From Selaginella moellendorffii (lineage: Eukaryota > Plantae > Lycopodiophyta), in assembly GCF_000143415.4 (NCBI RefSeq), contig NW_003314293.1, positions 461,724 through 525,723 on the forward strand: a DNA stretch of 64,000 nt, written 5' to 3'. The notes beneath the pieces were generated by a model that was not told the DNA's origin, ran no database searches, and was given only the letters and a program-made list of their open reading frames with translations. Position numbers and translations under genes: made by a program. Below, in pieces: positions 12,421-25,989 of this stretch; position 1 is the first letter of the stretch, and each line of letters begins with the position of its first letter.

Positions 12421-15400
12421 ATGGTAAGTCTTTTAGGCCAAGTAGAAAATGGCATGAGGCCACATGCCATTCAGTAGCAACATTGGCATGCACCGATTGG
12501 GCTCTCGAGTGCAGTCCGGTTACAGATGGCGTGTAGCCTCACGTCATCTTAGGATGCAGCCTCAAGACATCTGATGCAGTGGTGAATGGCGTGTGGCCTC
12601 ACGTTATTTCCAGCTGCTAGCTTTTTATCTGTCAGCTCTAATTGTTGTGCATTTCTGAACAGGCGAGGAATTGCGTTCTTCTTCCAGCCACTGTTAATGT
12701 GGATGCAGAGAAGGGGGAGGAGCTCACCAGTTGGACTTTTGGGATGGAAGGCGAGGATCTGAGGCTGTACAACATAGATAGTGGGAGAAAAGAATGCATG
12801 GGGATCCTCATCCAAGTGACAGACACTCCATGCAGTTCCATGCAAGAATATGGACTGGCACTTGTGGTAGAGACAGTGTCCGCCTTTAAGATCCACCTTG
12901 CACATCCTAGCGGCTTCCCGGAGGGGGGCAGCGGCTATGAGGAATTCCTAGAGGGAGCTAGGGAGAGGTTGTCCAGGAGGCCCACAATTTCAAAGACGCT
13001 GCGGGTCTATGAAGATCACATGGAATCCACAGACCTCACCTATGGCGATGTTCAAAAACTATATTCCAACATTGAGCTGCTGAGAGTGCCTCCAGTTCGC
13101 AAAGCGAAGGGGAAGGGGGTCGATCTGGAAACTACCCCAAAGCAGAAAAGGGTGGTCAAGCTCAAGCCGACGTCTGACTCTCCTGCTCCAAAAAAGAAGC
13201 TACTCGGTGATGCCATTGCCTCGGGTTCGAACACTACACCCACCAAAAAGAAGAGCCGCAAAGAGCAAAAAGAGCAAGAAGAGGCAGCAAAAATCGTCGC
13301 AGATAATAGTACTTGTTACTATTCCAACAAAGTATATACAATCGACGTGAGTCGTATCGACATCCAAAGCAAATACAACCACAAGCTAGTATCTGATGAG
13401 TGGGTGGAGAAACTGAAGCAGAAGATGCTGGCAAGTCCAGTAACACCCGACATCGCAGATGTGATCCCCTACTACCGAGCAATGAAGGGCGAAACGAGGT
13501 TTCCAAACTTGATCAATAGGAAGGTGTTGGACGATCAGAACATCCGGTTCTATGCCGTCTCCGGGCAGCATTCTAGCTTGGCGATGCAAGAGATAGTTGT
13601 GGATATTATGGTGGGCGAGGAGGTGCAAAAAGTCTTCAAGACAAGAGTTGTCCACCTGATAAAAGGCAACTCGCCCCTTCGATCTATCATATACATTTCC
13701 CACGCGCAGAATGTCAAGCAAGAAACGTGCTACAAATCGGGTCTGCACGAGACATTGGCACGAACACGGAAGCTCTAGGTTCAGCTGAAGAAGCCACAAA
13801 AACCAGGACAAGGACATGCACTAGCAACTAGCGCCTAGCAGGTAAGCCTCGTTGCATGTGGCATAGCATGTGGCCTCATGCCATTTCCATTGCAGGAATT
13901 CTCGAGTCTTCTCTCGAAAACACTGGGGGTCAATGACACACTCAGCATCCATAACATTCCACTCGCGACAAAAGTTGTTTTTGACAAATGGGTAGATGTG
14001 CTGAGGAGGTACCATGACGGGGAGTTGCTAAACTCAATGGGTGTGGAGGACGGCCAGAAGCCCAATGATTTGAAGCTCAACGCCTTGCGTTTCTCGCGGT
14101 CTCTAGACGACGACGACCTTTTGACAGTGGCTAATGCTCTTCTACGTGGTGAGGTAGTCTTCAACAAGACCAAAATGACTCCCGGCCATATTGTGACATA
14201 CGAGGACTTGTGCATGACTCTGAGAGCTCGTGCGCTATTGAAGGATTGGATCTTTGAGCAAGTGGCCGTGGAGAGGGTGAGCATCGACACCACGCAAGAG
14301 ATGATGGAAGAGCTAGAGTTGTCAAATGAAGACATCGACGAGTACGTGAAGGGGCCCCCAAGTTCATCGATCTGCTACGGGATGCCACGAAAAGTAAAGC
14401 TGAGAAGTTGGATCAGTATCCAAATTTCATTAAAAGGGATGTCGACCGCCGGCTTCAGAAACAGCTCGACCCCACAGCAGAGGCCTATCGAGAACCTTAC
14501 CGGGTATACGTGAATTCGGATGAGGATCAAAGGTGGAGGAGCATCGTTTCCCGCGGAGATGAGCAGGTCAAGAACATCTTTTGTGTGATGGACTTCACAA
14601 ACGAGGAGATCACTCATGCAGACGAAGTCAGCTCCATCATTGACTTAATGGTGGGACTTGCGGAGGTGGAATCTTCAGTCCACTATATGATCTATGACTC
14701 CGAATCCTATCACAAGTTCTAGAAGGCCTTGAACGAGGTGAAGGCTCGGTTGAAAGGCAAGGAGATGCGGGAGATCCATGGGATAATGGCTAAGAAGAAG
14801 ATACCGACGAATGTCCGCATCTTCACACTCGCCCTTGTTATTGGTCCTGCAGCAGAGTGGGACTGGAGTGACTTCCCAGCTTCGTTCGACAAGGCCGATC
14901 GAATTGATCTGAGGGAGGTCAATTTACCTGTGCCTGAGGAACTGAAGACGGCTATGGAGCTTTCGAATCCATAGAAAGCTCCAAGTGTAGCATGGGAAAT
15001 GCTCAGCTGGGTCTTCAACGCAATAGCGGGTGACTTCAAGGGCAAATGCGTTGTCGAGTACAACTACGGCGGACTATTCTTTCGAGCCGCACTACTCAAG
15101 GGTGTCCCGTGTGTTGCGGTGACAAACTCCATTGAAGAGGTGACTTCAATAGAGCATATAATTACAGTTGCCAAAGAAAAACAGTATCTTCTCTGCGAAC
15201 CTGGTGAGTACGCACTTTAAGTTTAAATGTTATCTCACAAGCTCTGTATGCAGGAGCGTGGCCACCCCCAGATGCTGAAACGGCGTTAATAGCTATTGTT
15301 GAAGATACCCATGTTGGGCCGAGCTCACAACCTGCACAAGGTAAAGTCACGTGAGGCCTCACGCGATTTTGATTATAGATCGTTGTGAATATTCAGACAC

Positions 15401-18045
15401 GAGGACTGAAAAGCGCACTGGTGGCGCGTCGAAGAAGGACAAACAGACAAGCAATAGATAAAAAGGAGGTACAAATTATATTTGCAATGGCGTGTGGTCT
15501 CATGCCATTCCTTGTAGGAGACACTTCTTCAAAGGCAAAACAGGCAAGCACCAGCCAAGCTCAAACTGACAGTGGTCATAAAAAGCGAAAGCACGTTGGA
15601 CAGTCGTCGGGATCAGAGGCGTTTGATTTGAAAAGGAAGAAGGGCAACGAAAAGATGATAGGTAATGCCTTGCGGTTATGGCGTGTGTGCTCATGCCATT
15701 CATTGCAGATCAAGGGCTGAGTGAAAGCAGCCAGTCACCACCTCCTGACTCAGATTCCTATGGCGGACTCCCCTTCCCCAATCTCAATGGAGAGGTACAA
15801 TGGATGAGGGATGCTTTTCAAGTCAGGGCCACGTTTTTCTCATCTCGTCGTCTTCGAAGGTTGCAAGAACGTGCAGAAACCATGTTAAGACAGTCGGGTG
15901 AGGATACGGTCCTAGGTCATGCACTAAAATAGGCTATGGATGTCTTGTATTTTGAGATGGAGACTCGGCCAGATGATTTTCCCAAGATGGTCCTGGAAGA
16001 ACAAGCCATCCAGCCTGAGCAGCCTATGGAAGAAATGCAGGAGGGGGATGAGGAGCCAGAGAAAGATAATGAGCAGGAAGAGCAGAAGGACGAAGAGGAG
16101 GACAAAGAAGAGGAGGATGAAGAAGAGGAGGACGAAGAGGAGGAGGACGAAGAGGACTTGGATGGTCCTCACAATGGTGACGATCACAATAACGACGACG
16201 ACGATGATGACGACGATGGCAAGCCTGAGGTGGCCAAAGAGCAGCGGAGGAAGGTCATACAAGACAAATCATCAGGTAAATAATAGTACATCCATTCCTA
16301 ACCTTTTACCATTTCTAACATTGTCCATGTAGGTCACAGATTAAATGGTAAGTAGAGATTATTCAGTTGAATTAAGATACAAACTCTAGCCTTTAGTGTC
16401 GAGGAAGGATAGTGCCAAGCAAGGGTCGAAACGTATGTCCAATCCTTCAGAATCAGCAGTGTGCCCAAGTGATATCGGTCCTAGTTCCTTAATAGCAGTT
16501 GATGGTAAATACAGTATAGTCGATTCAATGTGCTAATGAGTTTGTTTTTAGTAGCACGGGAGGATACCATCTCAATGAAGGGAGATATTTGGATATGCAT
16601 ATGGATCCGCCAGTGGACTCTACTTGGCTGCAAGAGTCATCAGAGCTGGTGGAGGCTACTATCCATATCAACGCCAAGCAAGCTGACCACGCTCCACTTG
16701 ATGCTGCCTATACCATTGAGTCAATCTTGTCCACGTATCCAAATGACAGTGACCAGGCGCCATTGGACCCGCATGAGGCCGCCCCAGCCGCCGAGCCGGT
16801 CGTATCCTCATTTCCAATGGACTCAACGTGTGCCCAATCGTCTGACTATGCGCCGTTGGAACCTCCCTACACCGCCCTTACTGCCTGTTCGGTCATGTCC
16901 ACTTTGCCAACGGAGGCACCAGCTGAAATGGCGTGTGATCACACACCATCGGAACCACCCCATGCCACTGTTGAGCCAGTTGTACCAGATTCTACAGCTG
17001 AAATGGCATGTGCCCACACGCCATCGGATGCGATTGACCCCACATTGCAGAGGAGAGTATTTCCGCCCTTCACGTTTCCTCGACCAAAACCCTCTCAACG
17101 ACCATCGGGAGCACAATTCGCTAATATTGTAGATGGTAAAATTGACTTGTACCATTTTTTATGCTGATGCATTTCATTTCAGAGTCACGGCGAAGGTACT
17201 GTATCGTTTTTTATTTGAACGGTGTCTTTTTCTCCCATGAGCGTGGCTCGTCCTCGAATGTCACTACACCCTCCAAAGCCTGCGGTCGCAAGTTGGTCAA
17301 AAGAGACAGATTCACATTAATCACACGGGAGAAACTGCGGGATCTAATAATGACCATGCGACACTTAAAACAAAGGGCCGGGTTCAATTTGCAATTGGGA
17401 GTTTGGACATCCATGATGCGCCACAATGCATTAATGTTGCTACAGATGATGCACGATCAGACGCGAGTAATATTACCATTTGACTTTCTCCTAACACAGG
17501 AGGATTGCTTGACTATGGTCCATGTGAGAGGTAGCAAGCCCATCTTCGTCAAGCCAGAGGCTGTAGTGATGAACCGGACTGCTAGGTCAAGTGAAATCCT
17601 CATCATCGATGACTCGCCGATTAAAACTGCAGCGAACATGCACACATATGCAGTGCACCCCATCTCTTGCAGTATGGAAACTAGGGAGAAGAAACCATAT
17701 GTTCTGGGGGACCTTGCAAAACGGCTTGGAGCGATGGTGATAGAGAACCGGCCAGTCCAGGAGGTGGTTGTAGAAATCAACCAAATGGCAGATGGAACGG
17801 TATATTAGAAGCTATTTGATCGGACAGACACCAGTCATCATTTATGGCATGTATATTGTCTAGCCAAGCACTATCCGCATCTCCATAATCTGCTCAACCG
17901 GATGGGTTCTTCGACCACTGAACATGAGCATGGACATATTAGAGAAGAGATGGCATTACTATTGGGTTTAAATCCTGATAGTGTGGAGAGTGATGAAATT
18001 CCAAGATTATTGTATAGGCGTTGGAGGCAAAAAATAACAGTCTGA
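12421..18045 (+). pseudogene. Multi-exon cargo gene of copy 1 (ParB-like / MTase-like / FCP1-like), disrupted
   Basis: Same exon structure as 29202-34809; several stops and frameshifts; DLNG changed to YLNG. Confidence 0.85.
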
Positions 18046-18186
18046 GATGGCATGTATTTATTTAAAAATGTAACTTATTATGGCATGGGGTTCCATGCCA
18101 TTGTATTAATATTAAAAGACAATTCTTTGAGAGGATTTGCATTATACTAAAAGGTGTTACAACATGTTATTGGAAGTCTACGAAGT

Positions 18187-18286
18187 NNNNNNNNNNNNNN
18201 NNNNNNNNNNNNNNNNNNNNNNNNNNNNNNNNNNNNNNNNNNNNNNNNNNNNNNNNNNNNNNNNNNNNNNNNNNNNNNNNNNNNNN
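18187..18286. other. Assembly gap (100 N)
   Basis: Run of N. Confidence 1.
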
Positions 18287-19515
18287 CCCCCCCCTTTTTT
18301 TCCCCAAAAGGGAGGGTCCCAACCCCCCTGGGGGGGGGGGGGGCCCCAATAGGCCCCAAGTGTCTTCAGGTGGGGCCCCCCCCCCCCATGGGTTGGGGGG
18401 CCCGGGTGTAATTTTCCCTTTGAGGGGGGGGAGGTTCTTTTGGGCCTTTCCTGGGAGGGCCCCTTGGGCCACAACCAAGTCCTTGTTTCTTCCCCCCCAA
18501 GGCCCCTGGGTCCCAGTTTTAACCCCAAGTCAGTTGGGGAGCCCCCTGGGGGAATTCCTTCAAAATTGTTTCCGGGGCCCCCCTATCCCTTAAAAAGGTT
18601 GGGAAACCGAGGGAGGGCCCCCCCCCCCCCCCCCCCCCCCCGGGAGATGCACGCTTTGGGCTTTCACCCTTTACCCATATTAGTATTCGAACTCAGTCTC
18701 TGGCTCAATCTTGGACTCAATCTCATATCCGACTTCGGATTCAGTCTCGGACTCGATCTCGGACCCGATCTCGGACTCGACCTCGGACTCGACCTTGGAC
18801 GCGGTCTCGGACTCGACCTTGGACTCGGTCTCGAACCCGATCTCGGATCTCGGACTCTGTCTCGAACTCGGTCTCAAACTCGGTCTCCAAGTCGGCCTCG
18901 GACTCGATTCCGGACTCTATCTCGAACTCGGTCTCAGAGTCGGTCTTGGACTCGATCTCAGACTTGGTCCCATCCAATGAACTCTTTATCATTTTGGTCA
19001 TGCTTTCAGGGATTGTTTAGCCTATGACACATCGGGGAGTTGGTTCCTTACAACTCCACCACCTATAAAAGAAGTTCGATGCCCATATTAAATGTCTCTC
19101 CTTTTAATCCTATGACTTGTTGACCATGTCTCCGGGGGCATCCCCCACTTAGCAGTGTGCCTAAGTTAGCCTCCCCGGCCAAGAGCCCATGACAACGGAA
19201 TATAGGTGTCCCTATACTCCTCACCCCACCATGCCCTAGTATGGGGTTGGGATTTGAACCCAGCCTTGCTTTACTAGGGGGTTGGGACTCAAACCCAACC
19301 TCCATAGAATATGTCTACAGATTCGACATCCCCGTGGGGAGTTGGGCATAGTTCTCTATTCCTGATTGACTTAACTAACCCATGCTAATTAGCTTACCTT
19401 CGGCATGCCTTCGGGTCCTAACATATGCCATTGCTCAAGTTCATAAATTGATACTTTAATTAAACTTTGCATAAGTACATAGAGTTCTGCCTTGCAGAAA
19501 TTCCTCCACTAGATG

Positions 19516-22500
19516 TCACGCATTCGCTAGGTTCTCCTTTGGTTCCCATGTTACTTCGCAGTGTGGAAATCCTTTCCACCTCACATGGAACTCTCTCACC
19601 TCGTGTCCTTGTCGCTTGCTCTTGCGCGCATTGAGAATGGCCTCCACTTTGTATTCCTCTTCCCCTTGGATAACCTCAAGTAAAAGTCTCACTTGGTCCT
19701 TGCGAAGTGGATCCTCAAAGTACGGTTTGAGTAGGTTCACATGGAACACTGGGTGCATCTTCCCCATCTCTCGAGGAAGTCGGAGGCGGTAAGCCACTTT
19801 GCATCTTACTTTTGGGTCAACTTTCAGCTGATCCCACTTGGCAGTCTAAGATTTTTAGTGTTCAGCCACACCTTCCCCCCAACTTGGAACTCTACATCCC
19901 CCAACGCTTCTAGTTCACGTACTTGGTTTGCCTTTGTTGAGCTCGTTCCAAGGAATCCCTCACTAGATTCCAAATGTTGAGTCTTTCTGCCGTGAATGCC
20001 TCCACTGTGGGTAGCTCTCCATGATACTCGGCCACGCCGAGTTCCACAGGACCTTCAATAGCTCGCCTATTGATGACTTCCCATGGACTCACCCTGATAC
20101 TTGAATGTGGTGAGTTGTTGTAACACATCTCCGCAAGTCCTAAATGACTTACCCAATTGATCTGGTCTCCGGAAACATAGCATCGCAAATAATCCTCCAG
20201 CTGCCTATTCACCCTTTTCGTTTGCCCATCTGTGAAGAAGTGTTAGTGCCATCCAACTTGACTTAATACCCAATACCTGTCTGTGGGTGATAGGTTGTGC
20301 TAAATTTCAACTTGGTGCGATACTGTTCCAGGAGTGTTCTCCAGAACCTGTTGGTGAAGATCTTATCTCTATCTGAGATGATCTCCTCTGGCCTTCCCCA
20401 CACTCGAACCACTTGTTCAAAGAACAGCTTTGCCACACCTGCCACATCCACTTCCGTTGTGGTGGGTATGAAATGTGCCATCTTCGAAAATCGGTCCACC
20501 ACCACGAATATCGCATCAAACCCCTCACTTGGGGGAAGTCCCGTGATGAAGTCCATCATAAGACATTTCCACGGACGATATGGAATTGGGATGCTTTGTA
20601 ACAAGCCCCTACTAGCTTTAGTCACGGCTTTGACCTGCTGACATGTTGGGCATGTCTTTACATAGTCTTGGACATCCTTAGCCATGTCTGGCCAATGGTA
20701 CTTCCTCTTGAGTAAGCCCATCATCTTGGGCACTTCGCCATGTCCCGCAAGAGGTCCATCATGACACTCTTTTAAGGCTACCTTCCTTAGTTCCCCTTCT
20801 GGAACATACACCCTCATTTGCTTGTAATAGATGAGTTTGTTGCGTTTCGCATAGCCCGTTTTCTCTTCCATTGGTAGCTCACTTCTCTGGTGAGCTTCCC
20901 GTGCCTCTAAATTCCTCAGCAACACTTCTTGTGCTAGACCATCGTTCTCGTATACTGTCCGCACATCATCCCAAAAGGTTGCTATCACACTAGATATTGC
21001 CAACTTCAAGCTCGCTTTTCGACTTAGCGCATTTGCCACGATGTTGCTCTTCCCAGGTTTGTACAAAATCTCGCAATCAAACTCGGCCAAAGCATTGGCC
21101 CACTAACCTTGTTTCCCTCTCAAGTCGGGTTGTGACAAGAAGTGTTTCATTGCCACATTGTCCGTATAAACCTTGAAGTGTCTCCCAAGGTAGTGTTGCC
21201 ACTCCTTGAGTGCCTTGACCACCGCAAACAATTCCTTCTTGTGGGCAGGCCACTTTCGTTGAGCCTTGTCCAACTTTTTCGAGAAGAACGCTACTGGATG
21301 GTTGTCTTGCTTCAAAATTGCGCCCAACACAAAGTCTGAAGCATTCGTTTCTACCTCAAAGTCCTCACCAAAGTCTGGTAGCGCTAACATGGGAGCCTTC
21401 CTCAACTTCCCTTTGAGGTGGACAAATGCCACCTCACATTCCATACCATCTTCCCTTTTCCCGTTTGGTCCATTAAGGGTAGGGCTACTCTTGAATAGTG
21501 TTTGATAAACTTTCGGTAGTAGTTGCATAGCCCCAAGAATGCCCTTAACTCGTGTACATTCGATGGTCGCTCCCAATCCTAGATTGTTTGAACCTTCTCA
21601 GGGTCCACCTTAAGCCCGTCCTTGCCCACCACATGCCCGAGAAACTTTAACTCTTGTTGAGCAAAGTCACATTTGCTCTCTTTAGCATACAACTGATGTT
21701 CCTTTAGTTTCTCAAACACTTTTGTCAAGTGTTTGGCATGCTCCTCTAGCATTTTGCTATAGATCAGGATGTCATCAATATAGACGACCACAAAGTGATC
21801 TAGATAGGGTACAAAGATGTGGTTCATCAACACCAAAAACGTTGCTAGTGCATTGCATAGCCCAAAGAGCATCACCAGAATCTCAAAGCTCCCATACCTC
21901 ATTCGACAGGTTGTCTTCTCGACATCTTCCTCTGCTACCCTGATCTAGTAGTATCCTGACCTTAGGTCAATCCTTGAGAAGTATTTAGCCTTTCCCAACC
22001 TATCGAACAAGTCCTCAATCCTTGGCAAAGGGTATTTGTTCTTTTTTGTATACTTGTTAAGCAACTGGTAGTCTATGCACATGCTCATAGATCCATCTTT
22101 CTTTTTCACAAATAACACCGGCGCCCCATATGACAACTTGCTCAACCTAACATACCATTTGTCCACCAACTCTTTTAGTTGGTGCTTGAGCTCCTCGAGT
22201 TCCTTTTCGTTCAAACGATAGGGGGGACGGACCACCGCTTCAGCACCCTCGACCAGCTCAATCTTATGTTCTATCAGTCATACGGGAGGCAACCCCGCTG
22301 GTAGCTCCTCTGGCATGGTATCCTGGAATTGGTCCAACACCCGTTGGATCACTAAAGGTACTTCCTCCATTCCAATCTTTTTGTCACTCTTCACTGAGAG
22401 TAAGCACAAAAATGCTGCTTTGGTTCCTTTAGTGAGTTGTCCTCTCGTGGACACTAGGTTTAGGTAGGATTCTTTGGCCTTGCATTGCCCTACCTTTAGA

Positions 22501-24142
22501 TCCTGGGCCTCCACCTTGGATCTCCTTCCTTGGGCATTTGCTAGTACCACAAGGTTCCTACCTTGTCCATGCAGGGCTACCACGAACCGATTGAACCAAT
22601 CCATCCCAAAGATTACGTCAAATCCCGCCATGTTTAACACGGTGAAATCCATGTCTACTTTCCATGTCCCTACTTCGACTCTCGCTTGACGTAGTACCTC
22701 ATCGGTGCTTTGGCTACCTTGAACAAACTCTATAGTCTTGGTTCGCCCAGCCGCTGCACTGTTAGTCTGGCTTGCCGGACTATGTCTACAGCCACAAAAT
22801 TATCCAAAGCACCCGTGTCAATAAGGATCTTAACAAAGCTACCTCCGAGCTTCCTTTGAAGGGCTAGTAGATGTTGCGAACGACTCTCTACCAAAGTTGC
22901 TCGTGTAATGAGTAACTTTGAGCTAGGGACTGGATCACATACCTCATTTTGGATTTCACCTAAATTAATGGCCATATTAGCTTTGGCCTTCTTCAGGTAG
23001 GGACATTCCCTCGAAAAGTGTCCCGCTTCACCGCAGTTGTAGCATATGTTGTTTCCTATGCTGCTAACTAACTTGACCTTTTTATCCATGGGTTTGTCTC
23101 TCTTTGCCTAACTCCCCCATGTACTTGCTCGTTGACCACCGAATTTGCCTTTCCAGAACCCCGAGGACTCATTCTTAGAGAAACTCTTCTTGAATTTCCC
23201 TTTGCTAAACGTTCCCTTTGGTTTGGCCCCTTTGCTAAACGTAAACCCCGACCCCGTCGTGTTCCCCTTTCGTAGGTTATCGTTGAAATGCACTTTGATA
23301 GCCGCATCCAACGCTTCCTTGTAATTAGCCGGGTTCCAACGCATCACCTCGCCGCGAGCCCAGGTTTGCAAGCCTGATATGAAGGCATGGAACGCATCCA
23401 TATTACCCATATCTGTGACCAATATCCTCTTTGCCATAAACCCATTCACATACTCTTGAATGGTTCCTGTCTGCTTCAGCCTACTCAACTCATCTGTTAG
23501 GTGCAGAGTAGCATTCGGAGGAACGTATGTCGTGCGGATCCTCGCCTTCATCATTTCCCAAGTGGCCACCGGTCCTTTGTTGGCCTCCGTCGTTCTCCAC
23601 CAAGACTTGGCATTATCTGCCAAGTATAGTTTTGCATATGGGACCTTCTCCGAGCTTGGTAACTGCAACGCTCGGAAGTAGACCTCCATATCATAAAACC
23701 AATCCTCCACCACCTTATAGTCGTTCACTCCCTTGAAGACCGGTGGGGGCTTTGGTTTGTACTTGGAAATTGCCTGGTGGACTGATTCCACTTCGGTTTG
23801 TTCGACCTTGTTTGGTTTTGCCTTAGTCCCTGCCGAAAGGTCCACACCTTCTACGCTGCCAGCATCCACAGTCTTTTGCCTTTTCTTCCGCTTCTTGTCA
23901 TGCTTTAGCTTGTGTACGAGAGTCTCTAGTAGGGCATTGGTCTATGCCAATTGTCCTTCTAGAACGTCCAATCGAGCCTTGGACGACCGAACCTCACCAC
24001 CGGACTCTTGTTTGGAAGTTTCCTCACTAGAGTCCTCCTCATACAAGGATTCCTCATCCATAGCCTCTGGTTCGACCGGAGGCTCCAGCTCTGGAGGAGG
24101 TTCCGTCTCCGCCTTGGTTCGTTTCTGCCCTGCCTTTGCCAT
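19516..24142 (-). pseudogene. gag-pol polyprotein: Zn knuckle, protease, RT, RNase H, integrase, chromodomain
   Basis: CYNCGEAGHFSREC, LIDTGA, VYIDDILIYS, ETNASD, HxxxxxxH/CPTC, MDFITGLP, ISDRD, YKVEAIL...VRWKGF...TWEP; multiple stops and frameshifts. Confidence 0.95.
20230..20276 (-). other. 47-nt GT-AG intron-like insertion in the integrase core
   Basis: gtattg...cactaac...ttcacag; its removal restores YHPQTDGQTKRVNRQLEDYLR. Confidence 0.8.
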
Positions 24143-25989
24143 CTCTTAGCAATCCGCCTCTATCCTTCGCTAGAACTGAGGAAAAGGCTTTGATACCAAA
24201 TTGTAAGCCATAAATTTTTCTTTTCCAATTTGCCAGCTTACCTCGTCTATTTGACCAATTCTGCCTTGGCTTTAGCTAAGTTCCCTCGCCAAGGTTCCTG
24301 CCTATGGTACCAGCTCCTACTTTGTTCTACTTGGTTTCAGCTACTCACTACACGAGCAACAGAGCGTTGGCCATCCATCCATGGATACCCAAATCTCTCC
24401 CAATCCCCATCCCCTGGTTAGACTGGACTTAAGGTTCGGCAACACTCCCCGCAGGCACAAGTAGCCAAGCACACCAAGCCTCTAGATTCTTAACATCCCT
24501 TGGTACCACAAGACTTGATCATAGGACCCTCTAAATCCCAAGTCTTGCGTGCAACACATGCTTCGGGATGCCGGGGCGAAACACCGTGGCCTAACAGCCC
24601 GGTATGGGTACCTCTACCCTCCCACTTCCATCCTGAAGGGAAGGTCCAAGCCCCTAGGAAGGGCAGGGACCAATGAACCACAAGGTACTCAAGTGGCGCA
24701 CCACTCCACATGAGCGAGGAGCACCGCAGTTGGTTTCCCTTTCGGGAGTGGGAGCTGCTTCCCTTTCGGGAGTGGGAGCTGCTCTTGAGCACTTCCTTGG
24801 ATGGCCCCTCCGGCACCAATCAAGTTCATGCTCACTCCCACTCAAGGCCCCTCGGTCCCAGTCTCAACCTCAAGTCAGTTTGGAAGCACCACTGGAGTGT
24901 TCCTTCAAAACTGGTTCTTGAACCTCACTATCCCTACTATACTTTTGGAACCCCCCACAGCCCCCCCCCCCCTCGGGAGACACACGCTTTGGGCTTTCAC
25001 CCCTTGACCCGTATTAGTATTTAGACTCAGTTTCTGGCTCGATCTCGGATCTGACTTCGGATTTGGTCTCAGACTCAATCTTGGACTCGATCTCGGACCT
25101 GATCTCGGACTTGACCTCAGACTCGACCTCGGACTCGGTCTCGGACCCGATCTCGGATCTCGGACTCTGTCTCAAACTCAGTCTCGAACTCGGTCTGAAA
25201 CTCAGTCTCCAAGTCGGCCTCAGACTCGATTCCGGACTCTATCTCGAACTTGGTCTCAGAGTCGATCTTGGACTTGATTTCAGACTTCTTCCCATCCGAT
25301 GAACTCTTTATCATTTTAGTCATGCTTTCAGGGATCCTTTAGCCTACGACACCTCGGGGAGTTGGTCCCTTACACTCCCCTAGGAGATCAAATAGTCAAT
25401 GCTCCTAGTCCAATTTGGGTGGCACTACCTACTTAGATACTTAGTGTGGCTCAATAAAACTAGAGCACCCAAAAGTGGAAGGTGGGGAGAGTAGCCACGA
25501 GGCTCATATAGGGCCATAGTGTTCTGAAATGTTTTCCCAAAATCCCGGATTGTGAAAAGGAAGAGGAACAATCCTTTGGTGTAGTGACCCAAGATACAAT
25601 CACATAGTGAGGAAGTCCTAGAGAACAGTGGGACTTAGCAATTGGGTTTGTGGGCTTTAGCCTAGCGGCAGTGTTGGCAAGCACGGCTGAAGAGGGATTT
25701 AGTGTTGACGGAAGAAGGGACATTAGGAAGGGTGTTCTTCATGTCCTTGGGCATCCCAAGGGTGCTAAGGGGTGGTCAAAGGATGACCACTTATGGACAG
25801 ATGGCCCAATCTTTGAGAGATGAGATGGTGATGCACATGGTTTTGGACTACCAATATGACAAGGGTGAATGAACATAGCCTTAGCGTAATAGGCTAATAT
25901 GTTGATGGTACCTTTGAGTGTCAGTCATGGGATCGGACACGTGGAACACTTGGACCAAGTGCAAAGGCTAAATGCCATAGATGCCATTC

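Larger units (their letters stand above)
6445..18186 (-). mobile_element. Sola-like DNA transposon, copy 1 (decayed; far end lost in the gap)
   Basis: Starts ATGCTCTATTTTGTTAAAGTGGGA (TIR) and is a high-identity inverted copy of 29062-42039. Confidence 0.9.
18287..25374 (-). mobile_element. Ty3/Gypsy chromovirus LTR retrotransposon, near full length but inactivated
   Basis: 5' LTR 24202-25374 (TG...CA); tRNA-Met PBS (tggtatcaaagcc, minus strand, ~24186-24198); PPT at 19053-19064; 3' LTR reaches 19052 and runs into the gap; domain order gag-PR-RT-RH-IN-chromo. Confidence 0.95.

Noticed and set aside
18287-18650. G/C homopolymer-rich sequence and ORFs next to the gap (possible G-quadruplex array)
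   Set aside because: It is a garbled version of LTR sequence ~24600-24975, typical of a low-quality read end
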